Positions 61,733-64,000 of a DNA stretch of 64,000 bases are shown here, piece by piece. Below the pieces are notes generated by a model that was given only the letters and a program-made list of their open reading frames with translations, did not search any database and had not been told where the DNA came from. Position numbers and translations under genes: made by a program. The stretch is from Candidatus Eiseniibacteriota bacterium. GTDB taxonomy: Bacteria > Eisenbacteria > RBG-16-71-46. The stretch spans positions 3,392,001 through 3,456,000 of the forward strand of contig OY970178.1 in NCBI GenBank assembly GCA_963707915.1, read 5' to 3'. How positions within the stretch are numbered: the first letter of the stretch is position 1; the number at the start of each line of letters is the position of its first letter.

Positions 61733-63262
61733 TCACGACGTCCTTCCCGGATGAGTGCCGGCTATGAGTCTCCCCTCGTACGCCCGGTACTGCAACGCCT
61801 CTGCCAGCGCGCGCACGATGATGCGCTCCTCGCCTGCCAGGTCCGCGATGGTCCGCGCCACGCGCATGGCGCGGTGCACGGCGCGTGCGCTCATGCCGCC
61901 GCGGTCCACGGCATCGGCGACGAGCCGTCGTCCGGCCTGATCCAGCGCGCAGCACTCATCGAGCCGCGACGGCGGCAGCAGCGCGTTCAGGCAGCCGCGC
62001 TCGCGCTGACGCGCCCGCGCCGCGAGCACCCGTGCCCGCACCGTCGCGCTCGACTCGCCCGATGTTGCCGCCTGCAGCTCGAGCGCCGTCAGCGCTGGCA
62101 CCTCGATCTGTATATCAATCCTGTCCAACACCGGCCCGCTCACCCGCGCGTGGTGCTGTGCGATCTCGGTCGGCGTGCACCGACAGCCCCGTCGCGGATG
62201 CCCGAGCCAACCGCAGCGGCAGGGGTTCATCGCCGCGACCAGCAGGACGCTCGCCGGGAACTCGCTGGCGCCGCTGGCGCGCACGATGGTGACCGTGCCG
62301 TTCTCGAGCGGCTGGCGCAGCGCGTCCAGCAGTCCGCGCGCGAACTCGGAGAGTTCGTCGAGGAACAGCACGCCGTGGTGGGCGAGCGAGATCTCGCCGG
62401 GGCGCGGCGGCGAGCCGCCACCCACCAGCCCGGCGGAGGAGACCGTGTGGTGCGGGGCGCGGTAGGGGCGGCGGGTCATCAGCCCGCGCCCGGGGCGGCG
62501 CAGCCCGGCGGCCGAGTGCAGTCGCGTGACCACCAGCGCCTCCTCGGGCTCGAGCGGCGGGAGGATGCCGGGCAGCCGTCTCGCGAGCATGGACTTGCCG
62601 GCGCCGGGCGGGCCGACGTAGAGCAGGTGGTGTCCGCCCGCGGCGGCGATCTCGAGTGCGCGGCGCGCCACCGCCTGGCCGCGCACGTCGCAGAGATCCT
62701 CGCTCCTCGCGGGCTCCGGATCGGGCGGCGCCGGGGCCTGGCAGGGCCGCTCCGCTCCGCGCAGCCAGTCGATCGCCTCCTGCAGGGTGTCCACGGCGTG
62801 CACGGCCAGCCCTTCGACGAGGGCGGCCTCCGGGGCGCAGCCGGAGGCGCACAGCAGGGTCGTCACGCCCGCGCGCCACAGCGCCTCGGCCAGTGGCAGG
62901 GTGCCGCGCACGCCGCGCAGGCGGCCGTCGAGTGCCAGTTCGCCCAGCGCGGCCGCGCCGTCGAGCCGCTCACGCGGGGCCTGCCCGGTGGCGACCAGCA
63001 CGCCCACGGCGACGGCGAGGTCGGTCGACGAGCCCTCCTTGCGGCGCTCGGCGGGGGCGAGGTTCACGGTGACCTTGCGGTCGGGCAACTGGAAGCCGGC
63101 GTTGCGCAGCGCGGGCCAGACCCGGTCGCGCGCCTCGCGGCCGGTGGCGTCGGGCAGGCCCACGAGGACGAAGCCGGGCAGGCCGGGCCCGACGTCCACC
63201 TCGCACTCGACCGGGAGCGCCTCCAGCCCCCACAGGGCGGCGGTCCGCACGCGGCTCAGCAT
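61733..63262 (-). CDS. comM: YifB/ComM Mg-chelatase-like AAA+ ATPase
   Basis: VGLPD...E.R.RV, NLAPA...KEG, GPPGAGKSM, RAPHH, PGEISLAHHGVLFLDE, AAMNPCRCG. Confidence 0.95.
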   Translation of the reverse strand: MLSRVRTAALWGLEALPVECEVDVGPGLPGFVLVGLPDATGREARDRVWPALRNAGFQLPDRKVTVNLAPAERRKEGSSTDLAVAVGVLVATGQAPRERLDGAAALGELALDGRLRGVRGTLPLAEALWRAGVTTLLCASGCAPEAALVEGLAVHAVDTLQEAIDWLRGAERPCQAPAPPDPEPARSEDLCDVRGQAVARRALEIAAAGGHHLLYVGPPGAGKSMLARRLPGILPPLEPEEALVVTRLHSAAGLRRPGRGLMTRRPYRAPHHTVSSAGLVGGGSPPRPGEISLAHHGVLFLDELSEFARGLLDALRQPLENGTVTIVRASGASEFPASVLLVAAMNPCRCGWLGHPRRGCRCTPTEIAQHHARVSGPVLDRIDIQIEVPALTALELQAATSGESSATVRARVLAARARQRERGCLNALLPPSRLDECCALDQAGRRLVADAVDRGGMSARAVHRAMRVARTIADLAGEERIIVRALAEALQYRAYEGRLIAGTHPGRTS

Positions 63263-63436
63263 GGGAATGGCTCCGCGGGGGCGGGCGGTAGGGGGACGCT
63301 CGCAGCTATGCAAACGGCGGGCCCGTTCGAGCCTGCGCCGCACCCCGCGTCGGCGGGCGGTGCTGCCCGCCTTCGTCCGCCCCGCCCGTCCGCCGGCCCG
63401 CGGACGTCCGGGGCGGATCTGCGCCCTGCTGCGGGC

Positions 63437-64000
63437 CTACGTCCCGGTGACCGCGCTCTTCACCAGCGCCATCATCTCGTCGAACGGGAGCCGCTGGCCG
63501 AGCAGGGCCATGCGCACCACGCCCTGGCGGTCGATCAGCACGAACCCCGGCCGCACCTGCCGCATGCGGGAGTCGTACAGCCCGTAGACCTGGCTGATCT
63601 CCCCGGTGACGTCCGAGAGCAGGACGATCGGCAGGTTCTCGCGCTCGGCGTGGGACTTCAGGACGTGCGCCTTGTCGGCGCAGATGCCGTAGGGCTTCAC
63701 GCCCAGCCGGCGCAGGTCGGGCTCGATCTCCTTCAGGGGCGTCAGGTCCGCGCGGCGGTCGGCGAAGACCAGCAGGATCCAGTAGCCCTTGAGGTGCGAG
63801 AGGCGCACCGGCCGCCCCTGCGAACCGTCGAGCTCGAAACCGGGCGCCGGTTCACCCACGTAGACCTGGCTCAGGATGTGGCTCTCCTGCGCGGTGGGGG
63901 AGACCGGGCTCTGGGGCCCGGCGGGGGTCGCCACGGGGGTCCTGGCCTTGCTCGTCTCGTCGGCGCGCGTCGCGCCCGCCAGCGCCAGCAGCATCACCAC
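63437..64000 (-). CDS. AhpC/TSA redoxin-fold exported protein lacking the peroxidatic Cys (5' truncated by window edge)
   Basis: VGEPAPGFEL....G..VRLS.LKG, LLSD..G.I...YG, FVLIDRQGVVR. Confidence 0.75.
   Translation of the reverse strand: MVMLLALAGATRADETSKARTPVATPAGPQSPVSPTAQESHILSQVYVGEPAPGFELDGSQGRPVRLSHLKGYWILLVFADRRADLTPLKEIEPDLRRLGVKPYGICADKAHVLKSHAERENLPIVLLSDVTGEISQVYGLYDSRMRQVRPGFVLIDRQGVVRMALLGQRLPFDEMMALVKSAVTGT

Noticed and set aside
57635..62221. comM duplicate as DGR template or simple assembly duplication
   Set aside because: Differences are not A-specific, the copies have distinct C-termini, and one carries an IS with a clean TSD.

Overview
Very GC-rich bacterial chromosome segment from a diderm lineage. 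TonB systems, mglBA, spoVG and FlgD/T9SS-like C-terminal domains are suggestive of Candidatus Eisenbacteria or a related FCB-adjacent group, but this is inference only. Positions 1-53.5 kb are mostly core genes: ebfC-recR-tlyC-like-mglBA-pgpA-csp-cinA-thpR-recA (with a 360-aa LAGLIDADG intein)-recX-alaS, rfbA/rfbD/gmhA/ubiA-like, ispE-spoVG-tRNA-Gln-prs-rplY-pth-rpsF-rpsR-rplI, and selA-smc-ftsY. This part also carries a TonB receptor/periplasmic-binding protein/hybrid kinase operon (both receptor genes damaged), divergent from a Flp/Tad pilus cluster with a sigma54-type promoter and a structured 5' leader. The most unusual part is 53.5-62.2 kb. It holds two homologous tandem cassettes, each built as double-HTH gene -> large secreted protein -> small secreted partner <- replacement 3' end of comM. 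They are joined at a perfect 8-2-8 palindrome located exactly at the comM CxCG codons, which resembles a serine-recombinase att site, yet no recombinase is encoded in the window. Two 1236-bp IS3-family copies have since hit the array.
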